The notes below the pieces were generated by a model. It worked only from the letters and a program-made list of their open reading frames with translations. It searched no databases and was not told the origin of the DNA. Source: Candidatus Aminicenantes bacterium (GTDB lineage Bacteria > Acidobacteriota > Aminicenantia > Aminicenantales > JAFGBC01). From it: a stretch of DNA of 64,000 nucleotides. Made by a program: the position numbers and the translations under genes. The stretch spans positions 3,712,001-3,776,000 of the forward strand of contig OY969696.1 of NCBI GenBank assembly GCA_963702005.1, in the 5' to 3' direction. This document shows positions 19,675 to 29,027 of this stretch, one piece after another (the stretch's first letter is position 1; the number at the start of each line of letters is the position of its first letter).

Positions 19675-22600
19675 ACTCTCGGTTTATCAACGAGGTGTTT
19701 CTGCCATATAAGGAATTCTTACGAGCAAAGTATCGATTCCATCGTCAATTTGAGCATGCGAAGTCCGCTTGGGAAAACAAATTGACTATGGAAGAACTAG
19801 TGAACGGTGCGTATCTTGAAAAATCACAGGTATATGCAGCCGGATTGCCTCTCGAAAAACTGAATCTACATAAAGCAACCCGAGAAACCATAAGCGCCCG
19901 ATTAGATGGACGGGACTTGTGGAAACACCAGACGGATGCCCTCCAACTTCTACTTGACGGTAAGAATGCTGTTATTGCAACCGGCACAAGTAGTGGCAAA
20001 ACACTTTGTTTCCAGATTCCTATCCTTGATGATCTGGTCCGGCGGCCTTCCCCTGGCCTTCGGGCAATTATCATCTATCCGCTTAATGCTTTAGTGAATG
20101 ATCAACTTGAAGAATGGGAGCAGATGCTTAAAAGCTATCCTTCCATCACCTTCGCTCGATTTACAGGTCAAACACCAAAAACACAAATCGATTATATTGA
20201 AAGACTCAAAAACGTATCTCGCACCCAGCTCCGCGACCAACAATTATCACAACGAGATCTTGAAAGAATCGTTTATGAACAGGTTCAGCAGAAAATAAGA
20301 GAGGCTATACCAAATCGCCTAAACCACAGGGAGGCAATACGAGCCACCCCCCCGAACGTTTTAGTTACCAATTTCTCGATGCTCGAATACCTCCTCGAAC
20401 GGCCGGTTGACGCTCCGATATTCGAAAACGGGGACTTGAAATTCCTTGTCTTAGATGAAGCCCATGCCTATCGAGGAGTCCAAGCTACCGAGATCGCTTT
20501 CTTAGTTCGGCGCCTCAAGGACCGTCTTGGCGTTATGTCGTTAACGTGTATTGCCACGTCCGCCACTCTCGGAAAGCTTGAAGATGCAGATAGTCGTGCA
20601 AAGGTTCGAAAATTTGCATCGGATATATTTGGGGAACAATTTTCCGAGCCAAATCCTATCTTCAGCACGATTACTGTCCCTCCAATATTGCAGCCAACGA
20701 TTAGCCCAAGTCCAGAAAATTATGTAGCGGCACTAAGCGCACTGAGGAGCAACCATGCCGCTGATGTTGCATATCATCTAGGAATTATTGAGAGTGCTCC
20801 CAGCATCACAACTATCCTCAGTCATGATGAAAATCTTTATCGGCTGCGGAGGGAGATTCTTTCCAAACCGTGTTTGATAAAAGACGCTGCAAAAGCTTTG
20901 TGGCCAACTAATGAAAAAGCGGAAGAAGGCCTATTTGCTCTGCTGGAAATTGTGGTGTTTGCAAAGGAAGATCAAGCACATGAGGATCTCCTTCCCACGA
21001 GGCTTCATTATTTCATCAGGGCACAAGATGGGCTACATATCTGTTTGCGCAAAGACTGCCCCGCTCGAAGTGAAGGAAGAGCTGCTTTCTTTGTATCGCG
21101 GACGACTGAAAAAGAAGTCCCCGAAGGTGAGTGTCCAGAGTGTTACCGAAGTGGCTTGAAATCGCACCTGGTTGAAGTGGTGACCTGCAGAAAATGTGGC
21201 TATCTATTTGGCGCCCTCCAGGACTTGGGACCTCGACGTGCTCAGCTTCACGGAGACGCAGATAATGCGATTCTGCCGCATTTTGACTCGTTCGATACGG
21301 GACTAGGGTGGGCAGGAGACTCGTATTGGTCGTATTTTTCAACCGCAGAAGACTTGCCGTTCCCCGAGCAACTCAGGCTGGATGAAGACGATGACGATCA
21401 ATATGACCTATTTCTTCACCCGGCAACACTTGACTGGTGCGTTATCTGCGGAAAGAAACACGATTTAGGCGATGGTGATAATTGTAGATGTTCAAAACCT
21501 CATCTACGAAAAATCCAAGTGTTTCATAGACAATGTCCCACCACTGGCAAAGCGGAGGACCGAGAGAATCTTTATGGTAACGAGAAGGAATTATTAACCG
21601 CATGTCCTAACTGCGGGGCGAGGAACGCATCTGGGATTGAGCCGCTTCGGCGTTTTCAGGAATCCGATGATGAAGTTGGTTTAGCTATGGCAATCCCGTT
21701 TGCGCATTTTCAAATAGAACCCTGGCTGGGGCAAAGTAGCCCTCCGCGCAAGCTACTCTGCTTTACCGATCACCGTCAACGGGCTGCGGCTTTTCCTTCG
21801 TTGCTTGAGGAAGAAACATTTGACTGGGACATGGGGCGGAAAATAGTGGAAACAGTTATTAGGGTGTCACGTCCTCCCAGTGTTGTTGAATTGGGTGAGC
21901 ATCTTGCTGAAATAGCAGACCCTAACTCATCTCTGTATGATCCAAACTTCTTCCTTCCGGTATCTAGATACCCAGATGAAGACCTCGATTCGAAAGAAAA
22001 GCGCAATCTCTGGGTCGCAGAGACGTTTTCTTATTTCGGAATCCCGGACTCAGCCCGTGATTCGGCCGAGGACTTGGGCCTGATAAGAGTGGAGTATCGT
22101 CTGAAAAACGATGAAATAAAAGAACTTAATGAGCCTATTCTGAACTTCACACGAGACTTTGAGGAAGCAAACGCGTTATTACAGACATTGCTTAGATTCG
22201 TAAGGCACAGAAAGGCTTTTACTTTGCCCAAGGGCGTAAAGCCTGATGCGGTGGCTTTTGGAAGAGTTACCGCTGATTTGGCTTATGTTAAACAAAAGGG
22301 GAATGTCAAAAACAGCATCGGATGGCTTCCAGCCAGGGATAATGAAAGTGCGATTACGGATTATGTGCGTCGTATATTTCATATTACTCATAATGAAGCG
22401 CTAAATATTGCCAGCGCCATCTGGGATATTCTCACCTTGCGACATCTTTTACTTGAATACAGGGGCAGATGGAAACTCGATCACGAGCGTTTGTATGTTT
22501 TAAGATCGGAAAAGCGATATGTATGCAACCGTTGCGGTTTGGTAATTGCTTATTCAGTACGCAATTATTGTCCCAGAAGAGAATGTAACGGGACATTGGA

Positions 22601-24527
22601 GCTGAAAGACTTCGACCCTTCAGAAAATATTATTGGTCGTTGGGTTGCCGGAGTAGGGCACCCTAGATTTGCCGCATTGAAATCCGAAGAGCATACCGCA
22701 CAGATTAGCAAAGACTTGGCCAAGGATATCGAAGACGAGTTTCGAGCCCAAGGGATCAATCTTCTAAGCAGTACAACGACGTTTGAAATGGGTATAAATA
22801 TTGGAGACCTTCAAAAGGTGCTTCTAAGGAATGCTCCCCCATCGAGTGCCAGCTATGTGCAGAGAGTAGGAAGAGCAGGCCGGGGCAAAGAAAAGAATTC
22901 AGTAGCCGTTACGCTCTGCCGACGAACAAAATATGATGGCGATGCTTGGGAGAACCCCCCGCGCCTCATGGCGGGGGAAGTACACGTGCCTGTGGTATAT
23001 ACGAAGAACCGTGTCATCTCGCAACGACACTTCAATGCTACGGCGTTTGCAGCCTTTCTGCGGGTAAAAATAAGGGATCAGGGCGTGCTTGGAAAGGTAT
23101 CACAGAAAATTCGCATTGAATCCTTTTTGCCTACCGAGTTCCGGAAGAACATTCCGAAGGATTGGTTCCAGCTGAAATCCGAAGGCCTTTATTTGGATTT
23201 TCCATATTGGTTCAATGATAAAGCCGAAGATGAAATTTTCCACGGAGATGCCGGTCACATGGTTGTTGAAGCAGCATGCGGCTTTGTTGATGCTCGAATT
23301 GTCGCAATTCAGACATATATAGATATACTAAATAATATCGGAGAGGAACTGCGGGCATTTATGAGTGAGCGCCAAGGGCTAATAGTCGAAGGAAAAGACA
23401 TAAGGGATATTGACCAATCGATAAAAAATATTCTTGGGAATGACGTAATATCCACCTTAGTACAAAATGGTTTTTTGCCTAGATACGCGTTTCCTCTAGA
23501 TGTTGTAAAATTGGAAACAGGAAAAAGTCGTTGGTCAGCTGATTCTGATGTCGAGCTAAATCGTGATAGGGGGCTAGCGATAGCAGAGTTTGCTCCTGGA
23601 GCTCAGGTTATTGCGCATAAAAAGGTTTTCACGAGTGCAGGACTCTATGTCGTAAGCAAGAGGGATAAACCAGAACAACGGTGGTATTCTAAATGCCCTA
23701 CGTGTGAGCAGATTCGCACGAGTTCGACAAAAGAGTCCCTAAAGGGAGCATGCCTGGTGTGCCAACGGCCAATTACGGATCAATACATTTATCCGTTCGT
23801 CTCTCCTGCTGCTTTCAGCGTGCGAGTGAATGAGACACAAGGAGGGACCCGTTATCGTCGCAGTACGCTCTTGCGGCAAAGGCAATCAATCACGCACTTT
23901 ATTGATTATATTGGAGAGGAAAGTTATCTAGAACGCGGGCTTTTTAGAATTGCACTGAAAGAATCCGGGTCTTTATTCCGGTATAATCTGGGCCCGAATA
24001 ATGAAGGATTTATGCTTTGTCCCGAGTGCGGGGCAAGTGAGTCTCTCAGACGATATCGAGCGGGGAAGAAACACCTGAAGCTTCGATCATTCTCGGGAAC
24101 AACGATGTGTGGGAACACCCGGCCATGGACAAAACGACTCGCATATGGACATGAGTTCTCAAGCTTTTGTCTTATAGCTCGACCTTTAGGCGTGCCGCCA
24201 CCCGTGGAATCTCTTGCTTATGCCCTACAAAGAGGTTTGTGTCGTACGTTAGATCTTGAATCCTCGGATATAGGTGTCTCCTGGCGGTGGTTAGCGACTA
24301 AAACAGGTCGGACCGGGTCGGAAATAATTCTATATGACTATGCTCCAGGAGGAGCGGGATTCGTAAAAGAAGGTTATGAAAACTGGGAACAAGTAGTCAA
24401 ATCTGCCTTCGAGATGTGTAATGAATGTACATGTGATATGGCATGTTATGATTGCCTGAAGAGTTACCAAAATCAGGCTCATCATGAGATCCTGAATCGT
24501 CGTGCTGTAGCAGATTTTCTTAGATAG
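19662..24527 (+). CDS. large SF2 DEAH-box helicase with C-terminal DUF1998 Zn domain (DruE-like)
   Basis: TGTSSGKT, YPLNALVNDQ, LDEAH, TSAT, FTDHRQRAA, STTTFEMGINIG, QRVGRAGR; many CxxC pairs; C-terminal YDYAPGGAG...C..C..CYDCL.SYQNQ. Confidence 0.9.
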   Translation: MESLNSRFINEVFLPYKEFLRAKYRFHRQFEHAKSAWENKLTMEELVNGAYLEKSQVYAAGLPLEKLNLHKATRETISARLDGRDLWKHQTDALQLLLDGKNAVIATGTSSGKTLCFQIPILDDLVRRPSPGLRAIIIYPLNALVNDQLEEWEQMLKSYPSITFARFTGQTPKTQIDYIERLKNVSRTQLRDQQLSQRDLERIVYEQVQQKIREAIPNRLNHREAIRATPPNVLVTNFSMLEYLLERPVDAPIFENGDLKFLVLDEAHAYRGVQATEIAFLVRRLKDRLGVMSLTCIATSATLGKLEDADSRAKVRKFASDIFGEQFSEPNPIFSTITVPPILQPTISPSPENYVAALSALRSNHAADVAYHLGIIESAPSITTILSHDENLYRLRREILSKPCLIKDAAKALWPTNEKAEEGLFALLEIVVFAKEDQAHEDLLPTRLHYFIRAQDGLHICLRKDCPARSEGRAAFFVSRTTEKEVPEGECPECYRSGLKSHLVEVVTCRKCGYLFGALQDLGPRRAQLHGDADNAILPHFDSFDTGLGWAGDSYWSYFSTAEDLPFPEQLRLDEDDDDQYDLFLHPATLDWCVICGKKHDLGDGDNCRCSKPHLRKIQVFHRQCPTTGKAEDRENLYGNEKELLTACPNCGARNASGIEPLRRFQESDDEVGLAMAIPFAHFQIEPWLGQSSPPRKLLCFTDHRQRAAAFPSLLEEETFDWDMGRKIVETVIRVSRPPSVVELGEHLAEIADPNSSLYDPNFFLPVSRYPDEDLDSKEKRNLWVAETFSYFGIPDSARDSAEDLGLIRVEYRLKNDEIKELNEPILNFTRDFEEANALLQTLLRFVRHRKAFTLPKGVKPDAVAFGRVTADLAYVKQKGNVKNSIGWLPARDNESAITDYVRRIFHITHNEALNIASAIWDILTLRHLLLEYRGRWKLDHERLYVLRSEKRYVCNRCGLVIAYSVRNYCPRRECNGTLELKDFDPSENIIGRWVAGVGHPRFAALKSEEHTAQISKDLAKDIEDEFRAQGINLLSSTTTFEMGINIGDLQKVLLRNAPPSSASYVQRVGRAGRGKEKNSVAVTLCRRTKYDGDAWENPPRLMAGEVHVPVVYTKNRVISQRHFNATAFAAFLRVKIRDQGVLGKVSQKIRIESFLPTEFRKNIPKDWFQLKSEGLYLDFPYWFNDKAEDEIFHGDAGHMVVEAACGFVDARIVAIQTYIDILNNIGEELRAFMSERQGLIVEGKDIRDIDQSIKNILGNDVISTLVQNGFLPRYAFPLDVVKLETGKSRWSADSDVELNRDRGLAIAEFAPGAQVIAHKKVFTSAGLYVVSKRDKPEQRWYSKCPTCEQIRTSSTKESLKGACLVCQRPITDQYIYPFVSPAAFSVRVNETQGGTRYRRSTLLRQRQSITHFIDYIGEESYLERGLFRIALKESGSLFRYNLGPNNEGFMLCPECGASESLRRYRAGKKHLKLRSFSGTTMCGNTRPWTKRLAYGHEFSSFCLIARPLGVPPPVESLAYALQRGLCRTLDLESSDIGVSWRWLATKTGRTGSEIILYDYAPGGAGFVKEGYENWEQVVKSAFEMCNECTCDMACYDCLKSYQNQAHHEILNRRAVADFLR

Positions 24528-24557
24528 CAATGTCGAGGGGATGTAGAGGACCTTCCC

Positions 24558-24598
24558 CCCTTAAATCAGTCCAGGTATAATGAGAAAAACCTGGGAGA
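24558..24598 (+). repeat. 41-bp direct repeat copy B (IS3-like left-end remnant?)
   Basis: CCCTTAAATCAGTCCAGGTATAATGAGAAAAACCTGGGAGA, followed by AAGGAG and ATG GGC AGG GTA CGG. Confidence 0.8.
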
Positions 24599-24622
24599 AA
24601 GGAGTTTTGATGGGCAGGGTAC

Positions 24623-24699
24623 GGTCGTGTCAAGATTAGCTCGCAACTTCGGGGCCATCGTAACCCTCTTCAGCTCGCCACCTGAGCTGCCATGAAGGC
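24623..24699 (+). repeat. ~77-bp dispersed repeat copy A
   Basis: GGTCGTGTCAAGATTAG...CTCTTCAGCTCGCCACCTGAG...GAAGGC, similar to 30448-30526. Confidence 0.7.
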
Positions 24700-24787
24700 G
24701 TGGTTGCATTCCATGTGTTCTCAAGTTGGACTAAGAAAGAAATCCATAATTTATCTCCTATCGCCGCATAGCCGAGCAGCTTGAACC

Positions 24788-25760
24788 TCAGTGTGAGGCG
24801 TTCCCAAGAATCCTATCTCCAACAAGCTTCAGCACATCGGGTGAAATCGTTTCGTCAATCTTGGCATATTCCCTCGGGTGGCCGGTTTGGGCTGTTTGGA
24901 AAAGGTGATTCAAGCCAGGGAGCATTTTGATTTCATAATGGGTATTCCCTGCCTCTTTAAGCGCTTGTTCGATTGCGGCAAGGTTGATGTCGGCCCGCAC
25001 CTGAGTATCCTTATCCCCGTTCAGGGCAAGGACAGGGCAGCGGACCTTTCGCAGCGCCGTCGCTGGGTCATAGCCGGCAATGAGGCGGGCCCAGGGATAA
25101 TCGGCGGCGAGCTCCTTCCAATCCGAAAGAACAGACGCTTCGCTGGCACTTAATTCCTTTTTCTCCGCGTCCGTCATGCCGGTCAGGGATGCTGCGATGA
25201 TCCGTTTGAATTCGGGTTCCGCTTCCTGATAATTATCATGGCTTCGGATCGCCCGTATCAGCCGTTCATTCATAAGGTCTGCTTTGCGGACGGCTTCCGG
25301 GCCGGCGCCGCCGCTCCTCGCAGTATCCTCAAGCTGTTCCATGAGCAGCCGATCTCCCGGGACCCCGGTTCCCGCCAGCAAGACGAGAAACGCCACCTCC
25401 GAATTTCGGGCCGCGACCATGGGAGCGATGATTCCGCCTTCGCTGTGACCGATGAAGCCGATTTTACGGTCGTCGCAGCGCAGGACGGCGATCCCCCTGC
25501 GCGTCAGGGCGTCGGCCCAGACCAGGAACGGCCGGTGGCCGGCGATCGTCGAATCCCGGTCCTGGGGGCCGGAACCGCTGACGAGCACGGCCGCGGGAAA
25601 GGGGCCCGGGCCGGCGGGGATGGTTTTGGCTCCCGGAGTCCGCGGCCATCTTGCCTTCGAAGACGATCCCGTAGCTGCTCATGTCCAGGACGAGGTTGGG
25701 CGGCGTGAAACGGACCTCCTGGACGGACATGGCGCGGGATTTCTGAGCGGGGATGGAAAG
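24788..25760 (-). pseudogene. alpha/beta hydrolase remnant with internal deletions
   Basis: SGSGPQDRD, GHSEGG nucleophile elbow, GDKDTQV, GLNHLFQ retained; RCDDR joins directly to KIGFIG (usual intervening segment absent); N-terminal piece in another frame; 5' limit approximate. Confidence 0.7.
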
Positions 25761-25783
25761 TTTGTTCTCGCTCGCGGTCATCG

Positions 25784-26554
25784 TTGCCGCCTGCTGGCAG
25801 GCCCAGAAAGGGTATGGACCCGGTCTATATTCTGTTCGGCCTGGTCGCCTTCCCCCTGTTCGCCGCCGCATCCTATTTCGCTCTCGCCTTCGCCGCCGGG
25901 ATCCTGGACGAGGAGTTCTCGCGGCGCATTCGGATCGCTTTCATCCTTTTTTGGGCGGTTCTATTCGCGCTGTTCCTGGTGAGGATCCAGTTCGCCCTGC
26001 GCGGGATGAGAATTCCGCCCGCCGTCCGGACGCTGAACATGGTATTGGGGATGGGCATGGGCGTCTCCCCCATCGCCATCAATGTATATATGATGGTTCG
26101 GGCAGGGCGGCGCTCGCGCTCCGAGGAGAGGGCGGGGCTGGTGAAGTTCGGGGCCGTTTCCCTGGCCGGCTACCTGCTGCTGATCGCGGCCATGATCATA
26201 CCCCAGGCCGGCCTGCCGTTCCGATTGGCTGTCCCGCTCTTGTTGGGGATCGCGATGCTATCCCCGGTTTTGGTTTTGAGGGGGTTCCTGACGCGCTTCT
26301 ATCGGCCGATCCCGGCCGGGATCTTCGAGGGGCCGACGCTCGGCGGGCTGTGCGAGCGGTGCGGGCTCTCGAACCGGGAAGGGGAAATCCTGGGCCTGCT
26401 TCTACGGGGAAAGAGCAACAAGGAGATCGAGAGGGATCTGTTTATATCGCCCCATACGGTCCGGAACCATATCCATAACATCTACCAGAAGCTCGGGGTG
26501 GGGAGCCGCCTGCAGCTGATGAATTTCGTGAGGACGAGGATCGAATTGGACTGA
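25784..26554 (+). CDS. membrane-anchored LuxR-family transcriptional regulator (possibly N-truncated)
   Basis: Several TM segments plus C-terminal 'LSNREGEILGLLLRGKSNKEIERDLFISPHTVRNHIHNIYQKLGV'. Confidence 0.85.
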   Translation: MPPAGRPRKGMDPVYILFGLVAFPLFAAASYFALAFAAGILDEEFSRRIRIAFILFWAVLFALFLVRIQFALRGMRIPPAVRTLNMVLGMGMGVSPIAINVYMMVRAGRRSRSEERAGLVKFGAVSLAGYLLLIAAMIIPQAGLPFRLAVPLLLGIAMLSPVLVLRGFLTRFYRPIPAGIFEGPTLGGLCERCGLSNREGEILGLLLRGKSNKEIERDLFISPHTVRNHIHNIYQKLGVGSRLQLMNFVRTRIELD

Positions 26555-26557
26555 GGC

Positions 26558-26579
26558 TCCACGGACTTACGTCCGTGGA
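26558..26579. terminator. hairpin between convergent genes (terminator or REP-like)
   Basis: TCCACGGAC-TTAC-GTCCGTGGA perfect 9-bp stem; no U-tract. Confidence 0.4.
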
Positions 26580-26605
26580 ATCACGCGTCGGGATCGGCGA
26601 ACGGC

Positions 26606-27739
26606 TCAATCGGCAGCCAGCTTGAAGCGGGCAAAGGCAAAAGAGCCGTCCCCGTTTTTCTTGGTGAGATAAGCGTAGGCGAAACCGTTCCTAAAATGGA
26701 CGGGCATCACGGCTTCATAGTCCCCCGGATCGATCTTGACCGCGGCCAGCTGCCGGCCGTCGGTCGTGTAAACCTTGAACGAGACGTCCCGTGAAAAATG
26801 GGCCGCATTGAAATCGTATATGAGGATGCGCCCGTCGGCGCCGAGCGCCAAGCGCGAATAAAGGGGGAGATATTCAGGGAGCTCGATATCGGCCTTGTTC
26901 CGGGCCAAGAATCCGATGTTCTTCGGGTTCTCATCCGCTCTTACGGCGAATTCGAGGTGCTTCCAGGTGATCTTGGTCCTTTCGACGTCCAGGCTGAAGG
27001 AGGAGAGCTTGTCGCCCGCATACGAGAAGAAGGCGATCTCCGGACTCCCTGAACAGGCGACGAGGACCTTGCCGGGGCCAGCCTTGGCTAGAAAGACGGC
27101 GGGCTCCCATTCCATGACCCTGAGATTGAACTTGGACAACGGCCTGTCCCAGTCAAAAAACGCCAACTCTTTGTCCCGGCCGTCCCCAAGGTCCTTGACC
27201 AGGACGCGATAACGGACGGCGATCACATGAGGCGGGCCCGTCCGCTCTTCGTAAGCGACGCAGACGATCTTCCCTCCGTCGAGAGCGGCCAGAGAAAGGA
27301 TCGACCGGGGGACGCCGGCGCCGCCGGCCGGCTGGACCGTCCTCAAAAATTTCCCGTCCAGGTCGAACAAGCTCAACCGTTTGTTTCCCGCGTCATTGAC
27401 GACAAGGATCTTCCCGTCAAGGACGTCGAGGGCACCGGGGTTCAGAAGGTCTCCCGGTCCTTGGCCTTTCCGGCCGAAGCTCTTGATGAGGTTCCCGTCG
27501 GGGTCGAACTTATGCACAAGGCCTTCGGCCGAGGCCGGCCGGAAGAACGACCCGTCGGGAAGGAAAGCCGTCCAATTGTCGGTTGTCGGTTCGAAAAGCA
27601 TATCCCATTCCGTGCCCTTCCCGAACGCGGGGTCAGGGATGATCTTGACGGTACCGGACCTGAAGTCGGCCTGCCCGATCTTCGGCTGCCCCACACCTAA
27701 GGTCCCGGCTACGACGAAAAAAACGACGGCACCGATCAT
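26606..27739 (-). CDS. secreted 6-bladed beta-propeller (NHL-like) protein
   Basis: Signal-like N-terminus; 'HKFDPDGNLIKSFGRKGQGPGDL', 'LSLFDLDGKFL'. Confidence 0.8.
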   Translation of the reverse strand: MIGAVVFFVVAGTLGVGQPKIGQADFRSGTVKIIPDPAFGKGTEWDMLFEPTTDNWTAFLPDGSFFRPASAEGLVHKFDPDGNLIKSFGRKGQGPGDLLNPGALDVLDGKILVVNDAGNKRLSLFDLDGKFLRTVQPAGGAGVPRSILSLAALDGGKIVCVAYEERTGPPHVIAVRYRVLVKDLGDGRDKELAFFDWDRPLSKFNLRVMEWEPAVFLAKAGPGKVLVACSGSPEIAFFSYAGDKLSSFSLDVERTKITWKHLEFAVRADENPKNIGFLARNKADIELPEYLPLYSRLALGADGRILIYDFNAAHFSRDVSFKVYTTDGRQLAAVKIDPGDYEAVMPVHFRNGFAYAYLTKKNGDGSFAFARFKLAAD

Positions 27740-28007
27740 GGCAACCTCCCTCCTATCCCGAGAGGGTCGTCAGGATCCCCCCGGAACATGCCTTTCAATA
27801 TTTTAATACGCCCCAAAAGGCCAAATCATTCAGGGCGACGTTCACCGGGCTTTGGGGAGAAGCTGCCAGCGTGTGTGGGCGGCGTAAGCGGTGTTCGCAC
27901 GCAGGCTGGAATTCAGGCCGATTTCCCATCCCGCCCCTGGGGACAAGCATAAATTCCGGTTTCGAGAAAGTCAAGAGCTTGAGGGCTCATGTTTTGCATT
28001 AAGGCTC

Positions 28008-28121
28008 GATGAGCATGGGTGTCTCCCCCATCGCCATCTATGTCTATATGATGGTTCGGGCGGGGCGGACCTCGCGCTCCGAAGAGAGGGCGGGGCTCGT
28101 GAAGCTCGGGGCCGTTTCCCT
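28008..28121 (+). pseudogene. diverged partial duplicate of the LuxR-membrane gene (26050-26163)
   Basis: Encodes MGVSPIAIYVYMMVRAGRTSRSEERAGLVKLGAVSL versus MGVSPIAINVYMMVRAGRRSRSEERAGLVKFGAVSL. Confidence 0.8.
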
Positions 28122-28153
28122 TATTGTGCGAATAATCTCGCATGAAATATATC

Positions 28154-28210
28154 TTGAAATAGTATATACAAAGTGCTATTATTCAATTAATAAATGAATT
28201 ATTGCGCTTT
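28154..28210 (+). promoter_or_regulatory. AbiE #2 promoter with overlapping inverted repeat
   Basis: TTGAAA (28154)-17 bp-TATTAT (28177); AAAGTGCTATTATTCA (28170-28185) and TGAATTATTGCGCTTT (28195-28210) pair at 13/16. Confidence 0.55.
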
Positions 28211-28219
28211 TGGTGTAAC

Positions 28220-29026
28220 ATGGAAACCATATCAGGCTTAGGGAAAAAGGACAGAAAAAGGCTCTCGGCGATTTTCCGGGAAACAAAGGGGACTATTTCC
28301 GTAAGAGAAGCGGCCGGCATCCTGGATATCGATTCTACCGATGCGGCTAAGATGCTTTCTCGGTGGGCGCGGAAAGGCTGGCTTTCCCGTATTCGGCAAG
28401 GCTTATACGTGCGCGTGCCGCTGGAGTCGAGCACTCCCGATATCCCTCTCGAAGACCCATGGATCGTCGCCGACCGCTTGTTTTCCCCATGCTATATAGG
28501 CGGATGGAGCGCCGCGGAATACTGGGATCTCACCGAGCAGATTTTTCGCACGATTGTCGTCATGACAACCAAGAGACCCAGGGATCGCGCCCCCGTCTTA
28601 AAGGGGACGAGCTTTATGCTCCGCACCGTGTCTGAGAAAACATTGTTCGGAACAAAGTCTATATGGAGAGGGCAGGTCAAAGTGTCCATTTCCGATCCCT
28701 CCCGGACCATCCTCGACATGCTGGCCGACCCCCGTCTCGGCGGTGGGATACGCCCGACCCTGGACCTGTTCTTGAACTACATGAAATCCGAGAATAAGGA
28801 CGTTTCCCTCCTGACCGAATATGCCAAGCGCCTGGGCAACGGAGCCGTTTTTAAGCGTCTCGGATTCTTGATGGAACGCTATGCTCCCGATCAGGCCGCG
28901 GCCATCGCTCTCTGTAGGGCTCAGCTGACGAAAGGGCTCGCCAAACTTGATCCCTCTCGAAAGGCCGGAAAGTTGGCGACTCGCTGGAGGCTGTGGGTGC
29001 CGGAGAATTTGGCCAAGGAGAAGTAA
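28220..29026 (+). CDS. abiEi: type IV TA antitoxin, AbiEi family
   Basis: wHTH 'LSRWARKGWLSRIRQGLY', 'YIGGWSAAEYWDLTEQIF', 'SDPSRTILD', 'KRLGFL'. Confidence 0.88.
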   Translation: METISGLGKKDRKRLSAIFRETKGTISVREAAGILDIDSTDAAKMLSRWARKGWLSRIRQGLYVRVPLESSTPDIPLEDPWIVADRLFSPCYIGGWSAAEYWDLTEQIFRTIVVMTTKRPRDRAPVLKGTSFMLRTVSEKTLFGTKSIWRGQVKVSISDPSRTILDMLADPRLGGGIRPTLDLFLNYMKSENKDVSLLTEYAKRLGNGAVFKRLGFLMERYAPDQAAAIALCRAQLTKGLAKLDPSRKAGKLATRWRLWVPENLAKEK

Positions 29027-29027
29027 T

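Noticed and set aside
17521-24527. DISARM, Dpd or Hachiman assignment
   Set aside because: No methylase, PLD, SNF2 or dpd genes nearby; DUF1998 is fused to the large helicase, which fits a DruE-like protein better.
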